Positions 39,414 to 49,731 of a stretch of 64,000 nt of DNA are shown here, piece after piece. The DNA is from a virus. Each line of letters begins with the position of its first letter. Within the stretch, counting starts at the first letter, position 1. The position numbers were made by a program, and so were the translations under genes. The notes under the pieces are model-generated. The model searched no databases, was not told where the DNA came from, and saw only the letters and a program-made list of their open reading frames with translations. The stretch spans positions 32,200 through 96,199 of IMG/VR virus record IMGVR_UViG_3300031715_000002, one strand, 5' to 3'.

Positions 39414-42400
39414 TTAGATGTAGTTGTACAGAATTCCGTTGGCAAAATAGAACTTGTGCCCAGACAGGGAGATGATACCCGTGTAGCTAGCAATAAACCC
39501 ACCAGGAGAATTGAATGTTTGCACATCCCTCACATACAGGGTGTCAATTGAGGCCGGCCCTGGAACTCGAAGCAATAGGCTCACTCCAGGGATGCCAGAG
39601 TCCGTACCGTTGATGGTTACCGTTCCGGCATTCCCGGTGAGGCTCATCGTGCCACCAGTCGCAACGATGTTCGCCCCACTGAACACAGCAATCGAAAACC
39701 CGGTGGCCGATAGCGACATCGTGCCTACGCTGTTTGTAATCTGAATGCCCGTGGTCGCATTGATGTTGATGTACGGGTGTGTAGTGTCTCCGTCCACCGA
39801 ATAGATGCGCAACTGGCCCGGAGTGATGGAAACAGAGGAACCACCGGAACCGGAGGAAATGAGTGTTCCCGATGCCGAAATTGAGGTGTACGGCTGACTG
39901 AAATTGGGAGTACCTGAACCTGTGGTTGCCGAAGATAGGAGCACGCCAGTCGCATTGATAAACGTTGCCGCGCCTGTGCTACTACCAATGCCACCATAGA
40001 TCAACATTCCTGTATTCTGGATTTGAACGAACGGATAATTCGTGAGTCCAGCAGTTCCAGGTCCATTGGCCGCGCCGAACAGCGATAATCCGCTGTTGGT
40101 GAGCACCATCACCGGATTGCCGCTGCCTTCGCTCAACACTACCGCGCCAGTGAATACCTGGCTGATTCCAGCGCTGTTCAGATTGTTGCCGTTGACGGCA
40201 TTGAGCGCAATGGCTGCATTCGTGACAGCACCAGCAGCAAGTTTGGTTGCATCTACCGATGCCGCCGCCAAATACGTGCTCGTGACGCCCGCCACCGCAA
40301 GCGTGAGTTGCCCGGAGGTATTGACTGAGATCGGTCCGCCCACCTTGACTTGCTGGACTAGCAGCACATTTTCCACGTACCAGTTCAGGCCGCTCGAAGC
40401 ATCGCCAGATGCCACGAACTGGACACGGATGTTTGCTGCTTTCGGTAGCGCTACTGTCGCTGTCAGAATGTTGGTGTTGAATGCAGGCAGCGTGCCAGCA
40501 ACTCCGACTAGTGGATACGTTGCCGTGCCGCCGCCTACAGCCGTGACGAGCAAGTTGGCTGTGAACGTCCCAGGCTTTCCAGCATCGCACGCAAGGTCGA
40601 ATTCCAGCGTGAAGGACTGCGAGGTCTTCAGCGAATGCGGGACTTGCTCTTGAATCGTGGCGTTATCGACAATCTCAAGCTGACCGTTGCTGTTGACAGA
40701 GACGTTGCTAGGATTCGATGTGACGTTCCAGCCAATCAGTCCAGGGTTGCTTCCCGTGGTAGGAGTAAACGGGTTAGCAACCATGTTGGCATTGCTGGTT
40801 TCGGTGTAGCCTTGCCCAACGTGGAGAAAGAAAGTCTGCGTCTGAAGAATAGTGTTTGGATCGCTTCCATCCCACGGGGTAGCGCCATTCGTGCTATTTC
40901 TATTCAGCCCGTACCACTCGAATAGAATCCATTGGATTGGCAGATTCGCGCTCGACATTGCGTTTGGCGATGGGTAGTTGATGTACAACCCAGGCCCAAT
41001 GCCTTGCGTGCTCCACGATTGCGTAGCCCCGTTGTTTACGCACTGCACGCCGAGTTGATAGCTCGATGGATTCGAGACTCCGCCAGGATCACCTTGCGTG
41101 AATGTGGTCCCATCGTAACTCCCCCACTGAAGGACTGACTGGTAATACCAGCAATTAGGATCTCCATTGCCCGGTGGGGTGTAGTTCACCAGCACAGCAG
41201 CATAGGGATTACCAAGAGAGTTGATGCCTCCGTAGATGTTGTCCGGAGTAGGCGTCAACCCTTGTCCATTTGTGACGGAGAATGAGATCCCGCCAGCAAT
41301 CGGAGGCTCAATTACTTCTGAAAACGGCGAGCTCAGTTCGACCACGGCAGGCGCAACCAACGCCGTGATATCGGCGAGCGTGAGCGCGGTTGGCCCATCT
41401 CCGCCCCATGAACCTTGAACGATGGCGCACTGGAAATTGACCGCTGGGCCATTCCACAGCGGAAAGTCAATCGGTGAGGATGTGCCGGTAAATGGAAACC
41501 ACCCTACCCAATAGAAGGCAGGCGCGGTGCCAGAACTGTAACGGAAGAAAAACCAGATGGTCGCTACATAAGGTATGCCAGCATGATTTGGCGTTGGTGT
41601 AACCGTGATGACCGCATGGGTAGATTGATCCGTGAGGTCGATGTAGCGCGCTGTCTCGGTTGCCGTTACAGCAGTGATCTTGATAGAGTCAACTGTGAAT
41701 GGGCTAGAGGCTACCGCCGCAGCCGTCACACCGTCGATGCCCTGTGAGATTCCCTCAACAGTCCAGTTCGGTTGATCTGTTGTCGGCAGCGGGTAAATCG
41801 GCTGAAGCGTGTAATTAACTGTCGTCCCAGTGATGCTTTGGATACCGTTCAGTACGATGCCGCCCTGGCCGGCCGGAGCGGTGGATGATGTCCCTGGAGG
41901 GAATGCCGAGACGATGATGGAGTCGAGCAAACTGTACGATGGGTCGGTGGTCGGCAGCGTGATTACGCCGCTGATTTGCACACCTGAATCGTTGCCCACC
42001 AGCACGTAGGTGAGCACTGCGGTAATTGAGACGATAGCCGGTGGTGTAGTGGTCAGACCCCCAGAGGTAGCAAGGTCGCCACCGGATAAACCGCCAACAA
42101 TCTCCGCGCCACCGCCGCCGCCAATCAAGTCCTGCCAAAAGTCCAGCCACGAACCGATCTGCGCTACGTCAATGACCGTTACGGAGTAAGAGTAATGGCC
42201 GCTACCAGGCATCGGCAGGCCGGCCTTGATGGGCACTAAGTCCGCAGAGACTTCCTGAACAACGTAGCTCTTCGGCGTCCCGATTGAGCCTACCAATGCT
42301 CCGACGCCTTCCGGATTGGAGTTATCCAGAGCGATACTCAAGTATTGCCCTGGCTTGAGTCCTGCAATGAACGTGCTGAAAGTGAACAGGACAGGGATCG

Positions 42401-44141
42401 GCAAGTAGGCCGCCAACGCCTGCTGCGCTTCGGCTAAGCCCGTTACGTTGCTCGCAATACCAGTGTTCGTTTTTAGTTGCTGGTACTTTCCTGTGCCGCC
42501 TTCAATGACAGCGCGGGCAGTGACAGCAGACGTGTCCTCAACCACAATCGAATCGCCGCCAAGGCGCGTGTATTGAACCTGAACGTCGCGTGAAAGGACC
42601 GGAGTATTGCTCGGTACCGATGCCAGCGCAATCTGCGTTTGCCCAGGAGTGTAGTAAAGGTTAGCGCTAGCCGACTGCCCATTGATGGCAACCGAAAGCG
42701 GTGCGGTATTGTTTACTCCTCCGCCAGATGTCGAAGGATGCAGCCACGAGAACGAAGATGATGTGGACGCAAGCGCCGCTGAATAGGCGCCGGCCGGTTT
42801 GTTGACTACTCGGATTTGCCCGCCACTCACGACTGAAGCATTAACCAGCGGGTTTTCCCATGTTGGCAAGCTGAATGTGACACCAGCCAATTCCACGCCA
42901 GCCCGCGTTTGCATGGAGTTCAGCGCATCGACAAAGTTCTGTGCCGTCGCCGCGGCATTCGCCCCGATGAGCACTTGGCCCCATTGCGTGTTATCGAGAA
43001 CGGTCTTCAGTGTATAGACGCCACCCTGCTGGATTCCAAGATCCTGCCATACCAATTCGAAGTCGCTGGTTGTGCCGCCAGTGTCGTTCCACGATGGCAT
43101 CGTTGGCCCGGAAAAGTTGCTGGTGGGAGAACTGACGTGCGTCACCTGTTGCGTGTGGCCGGCAGGGTCAATGATGATTTGGCCCACCTGATATGGGCTG
43201 TTCGGTTGCCATGTGTATGGCGAACTGCTGCCGGTTGGGTAGGTGATAGTAATCGTGTCGCCATCCGTTCCAGCGCCAGTGAATGTGCCAGTCTGCTGAC
43301 TTTGTGAACCTTGCGTCGTCCACGCAAAGGTTACTTGACTCGGTGGCCGCAGAAGCTGGAAATAGGCTGGCAAGGCACCGTATGATGATGACAGGAACAA
43401 TTCCGAGCTTTGGGCAAACGCACTCGGGTTGATCTGCAAAATCTGACGGTTGCGGTAATCCTGTCGGTTTTGCTCCCACTCCATTGAGAGCCATTCAAGA
43501 TCAGCGCTCGCAAGAGTGAACGGGGAAGGCGTCGTATTTGGCAGGTTAAAGTAGAGGCTTGGCAGCGGGCTTGTGGTGATGTCAATGCCGCAGATGAAAC
43601 CGCTCAGCGCCGCGAATTGCTTGATGACGGACCACAGGGTAGGCCAGTTGGGAAAGGTTACCGATGAAGGAATCGCGCTAACGTTCGTCGGGTCAATGGA
43701 GCCGAGCTGAATCAGCGGGCTACCTGCCGTCATCAGCTTGTTGAACAAATCGGTAACGATGAATCCGCATGACTGCCCGGAGTATGCAATCGTTGGTGGG
43801 ATGCGGATGGTATCGAGCGTCGATTCCAGCGACACGCATGAAAGATGGAAAATCTGCTCGCCGCCAGCACTCTCCCACGCCAGCTTCACGCGGTCGATAG
43901 TGCCCACGAACACGGGCACGTCACCAGAAACAGTCTGATCGTAAAGGAACACCTCGCAGCCGATGGTCGGCTTGTAGGTATCCCCCTGATGCACGCGCAA
44001 GGCGATATCCGCCGTGCCGCGCTGCAAGGATGTCAGGTTAAACGAGTGCTTCTGGCCTTCACTGAAGTCCAGACGGCCTGTTTGGTCGGTGGGGCCTAAG
44101 GGGGAAGGCTCGTTGATGATGAGCCATGCGGTGGTGGACAT
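39414..44141 (-). CDS. large tail-tip/hub protein
   Basis: 1575 aa downstream of the tape measure; VFVGTIDRV and GLKPGQYL hub-like motifs; beta-rich C-terminus. Confidence 0.8.
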   Translation of the reverse strand: MSTTAWLIINEPSPLGPTDQTGRLDFSEGQKHSFNLTSLQRGTADIALRVHQGDTYKPTIGCEVFLYDQTVSGDVPVFVGTIDRVKLAWESAGGEQIFHLSCVSLESTLDTIRIPPTIAYSGQSCGFIVTDLFNKLMTAGSPLIQLGSIDPTNVSAIPSSVTFPNWPTLWSVIKQFAALSGFICGIDITTSPLPSLYFNLPNTTPSPFTLASADLEWLSMEWEQNRQDYRNRQILQINPSAFAQSSELFLSSSYGALPAYFQLLRPPSQVTFAWTTQGSQSQQTGTFTGAGTDGDTITITYPTGSSSPYTWQPNSPYQVGQIIIDPAGHTQQVTHVSSPTSNFSGPTMPSWNDTGGTTSDFELVWQDLGIQQGGVYTLKTVLDNTQWGQVLIGANAAATAQNFVDALNSMQTRAGVELAGVTFSLPTWENPLVNASVVSGGQIRVVNKPAGAYSAALASTSSSFSWLHPSTSGGGVNNTAPLSVAINGQSASANLYYTPGQTQIALASVPSNTPVLSRDVQVQYTRLGGDSIVVEDTSAVTARAVIEGGTGKYQQLKTNTGIASNVTGLAEAQQALAAYLPIPVLFTFSTFIAGLKPGQYLSIALDNSNPEGVGALVGSIGTPKSYVVQEVSADLVPIKAGLPMPGSGHYSYSVTVIDVAQIGSWLDFWQDLIGGGGGAEIVGGLSGGDLATSGGLTTTPPAIVSITAVLTYVLVGNDSGVQISGVITLPTTDPSYSLLDSIIVSAFPPGTSSTAPAGQGGIVLNGIQSITGTTVNYTLQPIYPLPTTDQPNWTVEGISQGIDGVTAAAVASSPFTVDSIKITAVTATETARYIDLTDQSTHAVITVTPTPNHAGIPYVATIWFFFRYSSGTAPAFYWVGWFPFTGTSSPIDFPLWNGPAVNFQCAIVQGSWGGDGPTALTLADITALVAPAVVELSSPFSEVIEPPIAGGISFSVTNGQGLTPTPDNIYGGINSLGNPYAAVLVNYTPPGNGDPNCWYYQSVLQWGSYDGTTFTQGDPGGVSNPSSYQLGVQCVNNGATQSWSTQGIGPGLYINYPSPNAMSSANLPIQWILFEWYGLNRNSTNGATPWDGSDPNTILQTQTFFLHVGQGYTETSNANMVANPFTPTTGSNPGLIGWNVTSNPSNVSVNSNGQLEIVDNATIQEQVPHSLKTSQSFTLEFDLACDAGKPGTFTANLLVTAVGGGTATYPLVGVAGTLPAFNTNILTATVALPKAANIRVQFVASGDASSGLNWYVENVLLVQQVKVGGPISVNTSGQLTLAVAGVTSTYLAAASVDATKLAAGAVTNAAIALNAVNGNNLNSAGISQVFTGAVVLSEGSGNPVMVLTNSGLSLFGAANGPGTAGLTNYPFVQIQNTGMLIYGGIGSSTGAATFINATGVLLSSATTGSGTPNFSQPYTSISASGTLISSGSGGSSVSITPGQLRIYSVDGDTTHPYININATTGIQITNSVGTMSLSATGFSIAVFSGANIVATGGTMSLTGNAGTVTINGTDSGIPGVSLLLRVPGPASIDTLYVRDVQTFNSPGGFIASYTGIISLSGHKFYFANGILYNYI

Positions 44142-44161
44142 TTTTTATGGCTTGACAACTA

Positions 44162-44359
44162 TTGGCTATCATGATAGCCGTGGCCGAGACGATACGCGAA
44201 TGCGGCGAAGCACCGAGCTGGACGGTATACGCTGCGCTGGTTGGCCGCGTCACGCTGGAAGGTTACCAGTCGATTCTGCGCAACCTGAAAGGCGCGGGGT
44301 TGATTACCGAGGACGCCAGCCATTTGCTGCGCTGGATCGGCCCGAAACTGGCTGCATAA
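44162..44359 (+). CDS. small winged-helix-like hypothetical protein
   Basis: AVAETIRE...YAAL...LKGAGLITE...LLRWIG; start uncertain. Confidence 0.6.
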   Translation: MAIMIAVAETIRECGEAPSWTVYAALVGRVTLEGYQSILRNLKGAGLITEDASHLLRWIGPKLAA

Positions 44360-44374
44360 CAAGGAGAGCCTCAA

Positions 44375-44776
44375 ATGATCTGGACTCGCGAACCGAACTC
44401 CGTCAACGACAAGCCGAGCTACCTCGCTGGTACCTCGAAAGCCGACTACCGAATCGTTCCCGTATCGGGCGGCTTCCGGCTGCACTACAAAGTCATCGAC
44501 AGCAACACTTGGGCCTGTGGCGAATGGCACACCAAATTGAAGTGGACCAAAGAAATGGCCGCATCGCTGGATAGCCAACTTGGGCCGGCCATCCCTTCTA
44601 CTGTTTGCGCGGAGTTTCGTGAATTTCTCCGCGAAACCGGATCGGCATGCCAGATGCCGAAAACTCCAGAACAAGTCTATGAACTGTGGCGCGAATATAC
44701 TCGCGTATGCTCAAACTACGATCAAAGTCCGGTTAAATCTGAATTCCTTGAATGGTACAAGGATCAACTCCGCTAA
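44375..44776 (+). CDS. hypothetical protein
   Basis: AAGGAG RBS; 133 aa. Confidence 0.7.
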   Translation: MIWTREPNSVNDKPSYLAGTSKADYRIVPVSGGFRLHYKVIDSNTWACGEWHTKLKWTKEMAASLDSQLGPAIPSTVCAEFREFLRETGSACQMPKTPEQVYELWREYTRVCSNYDQSPVKSEFLEWYKDQLR

Positions 44777-44779
44777 ACC

Positions 44780-44834
44780 CCTCCCTGATGATGGCCCGGC
44801 TGGTTCACCGGGCCGAAACCCGATAGGTCGGAGG
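44780..44834 (+). ncRNA. type I hammerhead ribozyme (core variant)
   Basis: CCTCC-CTGATGA-T-GGCCCGG[loop]CCGGGCC-GAA-ACC[cgata]GGT-C-GGAGG: core and all three stems are present. Confidence 0.8.
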
Positions 44835-44844
44835 AAACCAAAAG

Positions 44845-45075
44845 ATGATAAGCACCAGATACGGAAATGAAATCACGCCGGTAGAGGCTGTTTATGACCA
44901 TGAGACCGGTAATTTTGTGGCTTGCTTTGCCACTCGCAAAATCGACAACGCCAAGCGCTTCTACACGGTTGGCCAGATCCGGGCGACCGACGGTGTAGCG
45001 GAGATCCTTTCCGCGCTAGAGTCTTTGCCGAAACGCGCTGACAACGAGGTCTTGGACTGCGAGGCGTGGCGTTAA
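44845..45075 (+). CDS. hypothetical protein
   Basis: GGAGG RBS (also the hammerhead stem I 3' strand); 76 aa. Confidence 0.7.
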   Translation: MISTRYGNEITPVEAVYDHETGNFVACFATRKIDNAKRFYTVGQIRATDGVAEILSALESLPKRADNEVLDCEAWR

Positions 45076-45274
45076 ATGCTCACTCCCTCCCGCGCCCGTC
45101 ACATCCAATCCCTACGCAAAACCAAACGGGGGGGGCCACAATGGTGGTCGCCCCCGCACGGAACCTGAACATGCCACGCACGCACGCTACCGACAGGGAT
45201 GCCGGTGTCGGAAGTGCTTGGACTTCATGTCAGCCTACGAGCGAAACCGCCGCGCTACCTCGAATTCGGGCTAA
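45076..45274 (+). pseudogene. small Zn-binding protein frameshifted in a G8 tract
   Basis: With G7 it reads as 65 aa: MLTPSRARH...GGRPR...HATHARYRQGCRCRKC... Confidence 0.6.
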
Positions 45275-48200
45275 ACTGATTCCCTGTAGACTTCAGGTAG
45301 TACGGCAGTTTCTTCGCAATCGTCCGCGCGAACACGTCAGGATCGGTTACCCCGTGGGCATGGACGTGGATTTCCCCAACCTGATAGCTTCCGCTGCCAC
45401 CTCCGCCCGCTTGCATGGCGCGGTAGCCTGATGCTTCGTCTTTGTTGAGGATCTTTTCGCCAGCGTGGATCACAGCCATCCCAGTGGACAGCACATCAGC
45501 GCCAGAAGCGGCCAATGGGATTGCTGGCGCAACCTTCAGTAGTCCTCCGAGTATTCCGCCGCCAAGAGACGATGCGCTTTCTGCTGCCCCCGCTGCCGTG
45601 ATTGCCGCAATAATCGCCGATGTGGCTGTCGTAATTTCAGTTCCGATTCCGGTCACGATAGCCGTTGAGCTTGTTGTAATTGCAGAGGTCAATGTAGCGG
45701 TTTGCGTTGCGATAGCCGTAGTGACAGCCGTGCCTCCAGCAGAGGTTCCAGCGAATCCAGCCGCCCCTGCTGCCGGCGAAAGCGCCGCTGAGAAAGCGCC
45801 GCTCGACTGCGGCAAAGACTTCAGCGCATCTAGCGTACCGCTACTGGCCTGCCCACCCGGCAGCAGCCCCACAATAAGCGAACGCAGGCGAGAGAATACC
45901 GTACTCGCTACCAACCGCGTGGCCTCCGATTCGATGGACTTGAAGACTTGCCGCATGTCACGGTCGAAGTTCTTGCCTGCCGTGGCGGCATTCGCAAGGC
46001 CAGCCCCAATCTTGTCAAAGGCATCGTTGAAGGTTTTCTGCGCATCCACGGCGAATGCGCCTAACCCTTTGCTCGCATCCTCTTGCGCCTTCATCTGAGT
46101 TTGGATGAGCGCCAACTGGGCGATGTACCCAGACGCATCTTGCCCACGCTGGAGTGCAAGTTTGATCTCTAATTCCAACTGCTTTTCAAGCCCTGCATTG
46201 ATTTCAGCAATAGGCGCGTTAATCGCGCGAAGCCGGTCGATAGCCTCAGCCGTTTCCGCAATCTGAGTAGTGAGCGCCTTATCGCTCTCCACGCCCAACA
46301 CTTTGTAGGCTTCCGCGTCTTCCTTTACTGCGTCCTTAGCGCCGCCGGTCAACCGCTTGTCCTGAAGCGATTGCAGTTGATTCTCAAGCGCCTGTCGCTT
46401 GGATGCGTAGTTGGTGTCGGCTGTGTACTGATTGTCCAGCAATGCGATTTCGCGAGCGATGGCCGCGCGCTCTATCGCTTCCTCTTGAGCGTCCAATTGT
46501 CGGTCAACGGCGAGTTTTTGAAATGCCGTGATCTGATGGAGTGAGGCTTCCTCTTCAGCCGCCTTGCGCTGCGATTCGAGAACCCTAACGCTATGCTGTT
46601 GCGCGCCTTTAATGGCCTCCTCATCGGCCTTAGTGCGATCCTCTTCTAGTTTAACGTTCAGTTCGCGGATGTGGTCTGAAATCTCGCGCTCGTAGGACAA
46701 CTCTTTATTGAGGGACTCAACATGATCCTTGACAGTCTGCTCAAAGGTTTTACGCTTTTCTTCAGATACCTTGATGGCGGCTTTAACATCCTCGGTAGCG
46801 AGCTTATCCTTGGCAGCCTGCAACTGCGTCCCGAGGGACGCCACTGCCTCATCGTTGCCGGCCTGCCGCTCCAAGGCAATCTTCTTAGCGATGCCATCGG
46901 CAACAATGTCGTACTCCTGTTTATTGAATGCCTGGAGTTGCGCGAGTTGCTGCGCTTGCGTTAGCCCGCGTTCTTTGGCGTCTTCCTCATACAAAAGCCT
47001 TCTGATTTCCAATTGCGTCTTGGCCAGCGCTTCTTCTTGCTCAAAAGCCGCTTTCTGCGCTGCTACCGGTTCGGCAATCTTTATTTGTGGGACATGCTCA
47101 GGCTTGGAGATTACCTCCGCAGCCTTTTCGTGTGCTGCGATTAGCCCCTGGATTTCCTTCAGCGCATCCGCATCCAGTTTTCTGAGATTCTCCAACTCTA
47201 CGGCTGCTAACCCGTAGTTGTGGGTCATCACATCCGCCGCTGCCTGCCCAAGCCCCTTAATTTCCTGAACGAAAGTACGGAGTGAACGTACTCCGATCTC
47301 GAATGTAAAGGCTACTTCTGTAACCCATTTCGCTACTGCTGTAAGCGCTGGAGCAAGCGCCTCACCTACAGAATTGAGGGCCAAAGTCCATGCATTCTGC
47401 ATCCGTATGAGACTACCGGATGTCAACTCAGCAGCCTTTTCTGCCGAACCTGAGAACTTGTCCATGGCCTCAATTAGGTCGCCTACACGGGTTGCCTCGG
47501 TAAGTCTCTTAAAGTCCTTCGATACGGCCTCTACCGAAACCCCCATCACCTTGGCGAGGTCTTCGCTATTGATACCGAGTTGGCGCAATTGACGCGCGCC
47601 AGCCATCCCGCTAAAGGCGATATTCTCAAGAGAATTGGCTACTTGCTGGAAACTGAATGGCAACACCGCCGATGCATCGGCTAGAGCGTGAATGGCTTCT
47701 GTCGTCTGTCGGGAACTGAATCCGAACGCCGCCATCTTCTGCGATGCTTCCACCAGAGAAGTGAATGGCACCGCCAAGTCCATCGAGGTTTTCTTCAACT
47801 CATCAATAGTCGCCGCCGCTTCGCTTGCACTGCCGCGCATTTGCGCAATGCCGAACTGGGCACGTTCGGTTGCAGCATATACGTTGATGGATTCAGAAAT
47901 AAAACTCTTCAGGGCAGCAACGCTTAATGTGATCCCCGTGAACTCCAGAACACTATTGAGTAGTCCACGCACCTGTCCAATCGTTAAGTTGGCTGATCTA
48001 GATGTTTGGAGAAGGGCTGTCTGTAATTGCTGCGTCGAAGTCGCCGCCGCTTGGGCTGCTTGCGGTATCGGTGCCAGTGCTGCAGTTACGTTCGCTATTG
48101 GAGTCGCAGCACTTGTGGCCGTTTGAGCGGTAGCAGCAAGAGATGGTGCGATTGTCCCGATGGATTGCGCCGCTTGAGAGGTTGTGGCCGATGCAGTATT

Positions 48201-48416
48201 CATGGCCGCCCCAAGCGCGGCCATGGCCTGAGTAGTGGTAAGTCCTTGGTTTGTCAGGGCCTTAATGATTTCCTCTAGATTGTCAATATCTGGAGAGAGG
48301 ACAGCCGCAGCCTTTCCCATCTCGTCCAAATGCTTTGTGATGCTGGACATCTGCGGGGCAGCATCCGCAAAGTCCACCCTCATCCGGACGATCAAATCAC
48401 CTAATGATTCCGCCAA
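45255..48416 (-). CDS. tail tape measure protein
   Basis: MAESLGDLIVRMRVD start; tape-measure domain (AVPFTSL, LRQLGI); 1053 aa, Ala-rich and helical. Confidence 0.95.
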   Translation of the reverse strand: MAESLGDLIVRMRVDFADAAPQMSSITKHLDEMGKAAAVLSPDIDNLEEIIKALTNQGLTTTQAMAALGAAMNTASATTSQAAQSIGTIAPSLAATAQTATSAATPIANVTAALAPIPQAAQAAATSTQQLQTALLQTSRSANLTIGQVRGLLNSVLEFTGITLSVAALKSFISESINVYAATERAQFGIAQMRGSASEAAATIDELKKTSMDLAVPFTSLVEASQKMAAFGFSSRQTTEAIHALADASAVLPFSFQQVANSLENIAFSGMAGARQLRQLGINSEDLAKVMGVSVEAVSKDFKRLTEATRVGDLIEAMDKFSGSAEKAAELTSGSLIRMQNAWTLALNSVGEALAPALTAVAKWVTEVAFTFEIGVRSLRTFVQEIKGLGQAAADVMTHNYGLAAVELENLRKLDADALKEIQGLIAAHEKAAEVISKPEHVPQIKIAEPVAAQKAAFEQEEALAKTQLEIRRLLYEEDAKERGLTQAQQLAQLQAFNKQEYDIVADGIAKKIALERQAGNDEAVASLGTQLQAAKDKLATEDVKAAIKVSEEKRKTFEQTVKDHVESLNKELSYEREISDHIRELNVKLEEDRTKADEEAIKGAQQHSVRVLESQRKAAEEEASLHQITAFQKLAVDRQLDAQEEAIERAAIAREIALLDNQYTADTNYASKRQALENQLQSLQDKRLTGGAKDAVKEDAEAYKVLGVESDKALTTQIAETAEAIDRLRAINAPIAEINAGLEKQLELEIKLALQRGQDASGYIAQLALIQTQMKAQEDASKGLGAFAVDAQKTFNDAFDKIGAGLANAATAGKNFDRDMRQVFKSIESEATRLVASTVFSRLRSLIVGLLPGGQASSGTLDALKSLPQSSGAFSAALSPAAGAAGFAGTSAGGTAVTTAIATQTATLTSAITTSSTAIVTGIGTEITTATSAIIAAITAAGAAESASSLGGGILGGLLKVAPAIPLAASGADVLSTGMAVIHAGEKILNKDEASGYRAMQAGGGGSGSYQVGEIHVHAHGVTDPDVFARTIAKKLPYYLKSTGNQFSPNSR

Positions 48417-48420
48417 GTGC

Positions 48421-48837
48421 TCACACCTTTTCTAAATACGGTCCAGCTTGCTGCGGACTAGCGCCAGCGAGCGTGCCCATCACCAGATTAGCGCTGGCCT
48501 CATCGTCCAACTCGCCGCCCATGGAAGACGCGCCACTATCGGCAAGCAGCGGGAATAGTTCGCCCGGCTCCGGTGCTTTGCCTTCACCGAAATGCGCCGA
48601 TGCGCAGATTAGCCAGTAATCGCGCCTGTCTTCTGAGATCCTCTGCGAATACCACTCACCCGAAAGCAAGTAGTATTTCCGCAGCGTCAATCTCCCGATG
48701 TCTTCCTCAGTTAAGCGAAAGCGTCCTCTGGCAACACGATAGAGTCTCCCCCACCAGCGGCGACTACGCTGTGCTGCGGATTCGGCTCCTTCGCCGCTCC
48801 GTTCACTGCCGTTGCGGACGGAGCTTGGGATTCCCCC
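48421..48837 (-). CDS. tail assembly chaperone, -1 frameshifted (gpGT-like) extension
   Basis: GGGGGAA slippery site at 48837-48831; -1 frame open to 48421 (WWGRLYRVAR...LTLRKY). Confidence 0.75.
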   Translation of the reverse strand, partial: GGIPSSVRNGSERSGEGAESAAQRSRRWWGRLYRVARGRFRLTEEDIGRLTLRKYYLLSGEWYSQRISEDRRDYWLICASAHFGEGKAPEPGELFPLLADSGASSMGGELDDEASANLVMGTLAGASPQQAGPYLEKV

Positions 48838-49232
48838 ATTTCTTCCGTGTCTGGGCTGTTGGCGTTATACCCTGACAGAAAGGCCAGCAGCAAAGCAACG
48901 ATGGCCTTCGGCTTGGGCTTAATGATCTTGCCTACTTGCGCCAGCGTCAATGGCCACACTGGCTCCCCTTGCTTATCGTACTCATGCACTGCCGCCCAAA
49001 TCAGCGCGCGGAGGTCCTTCACGGGTACCCTCCGCGCAATCTCGATATCGGTGATTACCTTCCCGTCTTTCTGCGCCTCGACGATAGGCTTCACGGCATC
49101 ATGAAGCGCGGCGACGGTATCGAGAAAGAACTTTCCCGTCGCATCCTCGTAGGCACACATGCCGTTGAGGTCGAAGCACAAGAATCGCTCCCGGTCCAAC
49201 ATCACCGGGACGCGCGTTTCAGCAATAGGCAT
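48711..49232 (-). CDS. tail assembly chaperone (gpG-like)
   Basis: Lies between tail tube and tape measure; contains the slippery site. Confidence 0.85.
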   Translation of the reverse strand: MPIAETRVPVMLDRERFLCFDLNGMCAYEDATGKFFLDTVAALHDAVKPIVEAQKDGKVITDIEIARRVPVKDLRALIWAAVHEYDKQGEPVWPLTLAQVGKIIKPKPKAIVALLLAFLSGYNANSPDTEEMGESQAPSATAVNGAAKEPNPQHSVVAAGGGDSIVLPEDAFA

Positions 49233-49251
49233 CTGATTGTTGCTCCTGTTC

Positions 49252-49695
49252 CTACGGCACCGAAGTGGTAATCTGATCGGTCAACTGCATCCCGATCTTG
49301 ACCGCCAATACGTTGTCTACCGGGACGTTGAATGAATGATCCGACAGATAGAACTTGGACAACATGCTGCCGAACGAATTCGGGAATGTCATCTTGAAAC
49401 TGTTCTCCGTCAGTGTGATCATTTGGTCCCAAAGGGATCCACCTTGGTTGAATCCCTGTGTCGGATCGGCGATGGCCCAGTTCATCTCGAAGGTGAGTTC
49501 ACCGGGGTTGATGAGCACGGCGAGAAAGCGCCGGAAGTTCAGCGGCGTATCGTGCGTCGTGATGTCCACGGTGTGCGGTTTGGTGGTCGGGCCGCTGATG
49601 GAGCGGACCTGAGAAATCGACCCGACGTAGGACGGGGGCGAGGCTGTATCACTTAACTGCAAAATTGTGCCCTTGGCACTCGTAATGATCGGCAT
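49252..49695 (-). CDS. major tail tube protein
   Basis: SISGP...VDITTHDT...LINPGELTFEMNW. Confidence 0.9.
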   Translation of the reverse strand: MPIITSAKGTILQLSDTASPPSYVGSISQVRSISGPTTKPHTVDITTHDTPLNFRRFLAVLINPGELTFEMNWAIADPTQGFNQGGSLWDQMITLTENSFKMTFPNSFGSMLSKFYLSDHSFNVPVDNVLAVKIGMQLTDQITTSVP

Positions 49696-49731
49696 TTTAT
49701 CTCCTTTGGGATTCTGGCTGCGGGTTGGCTC

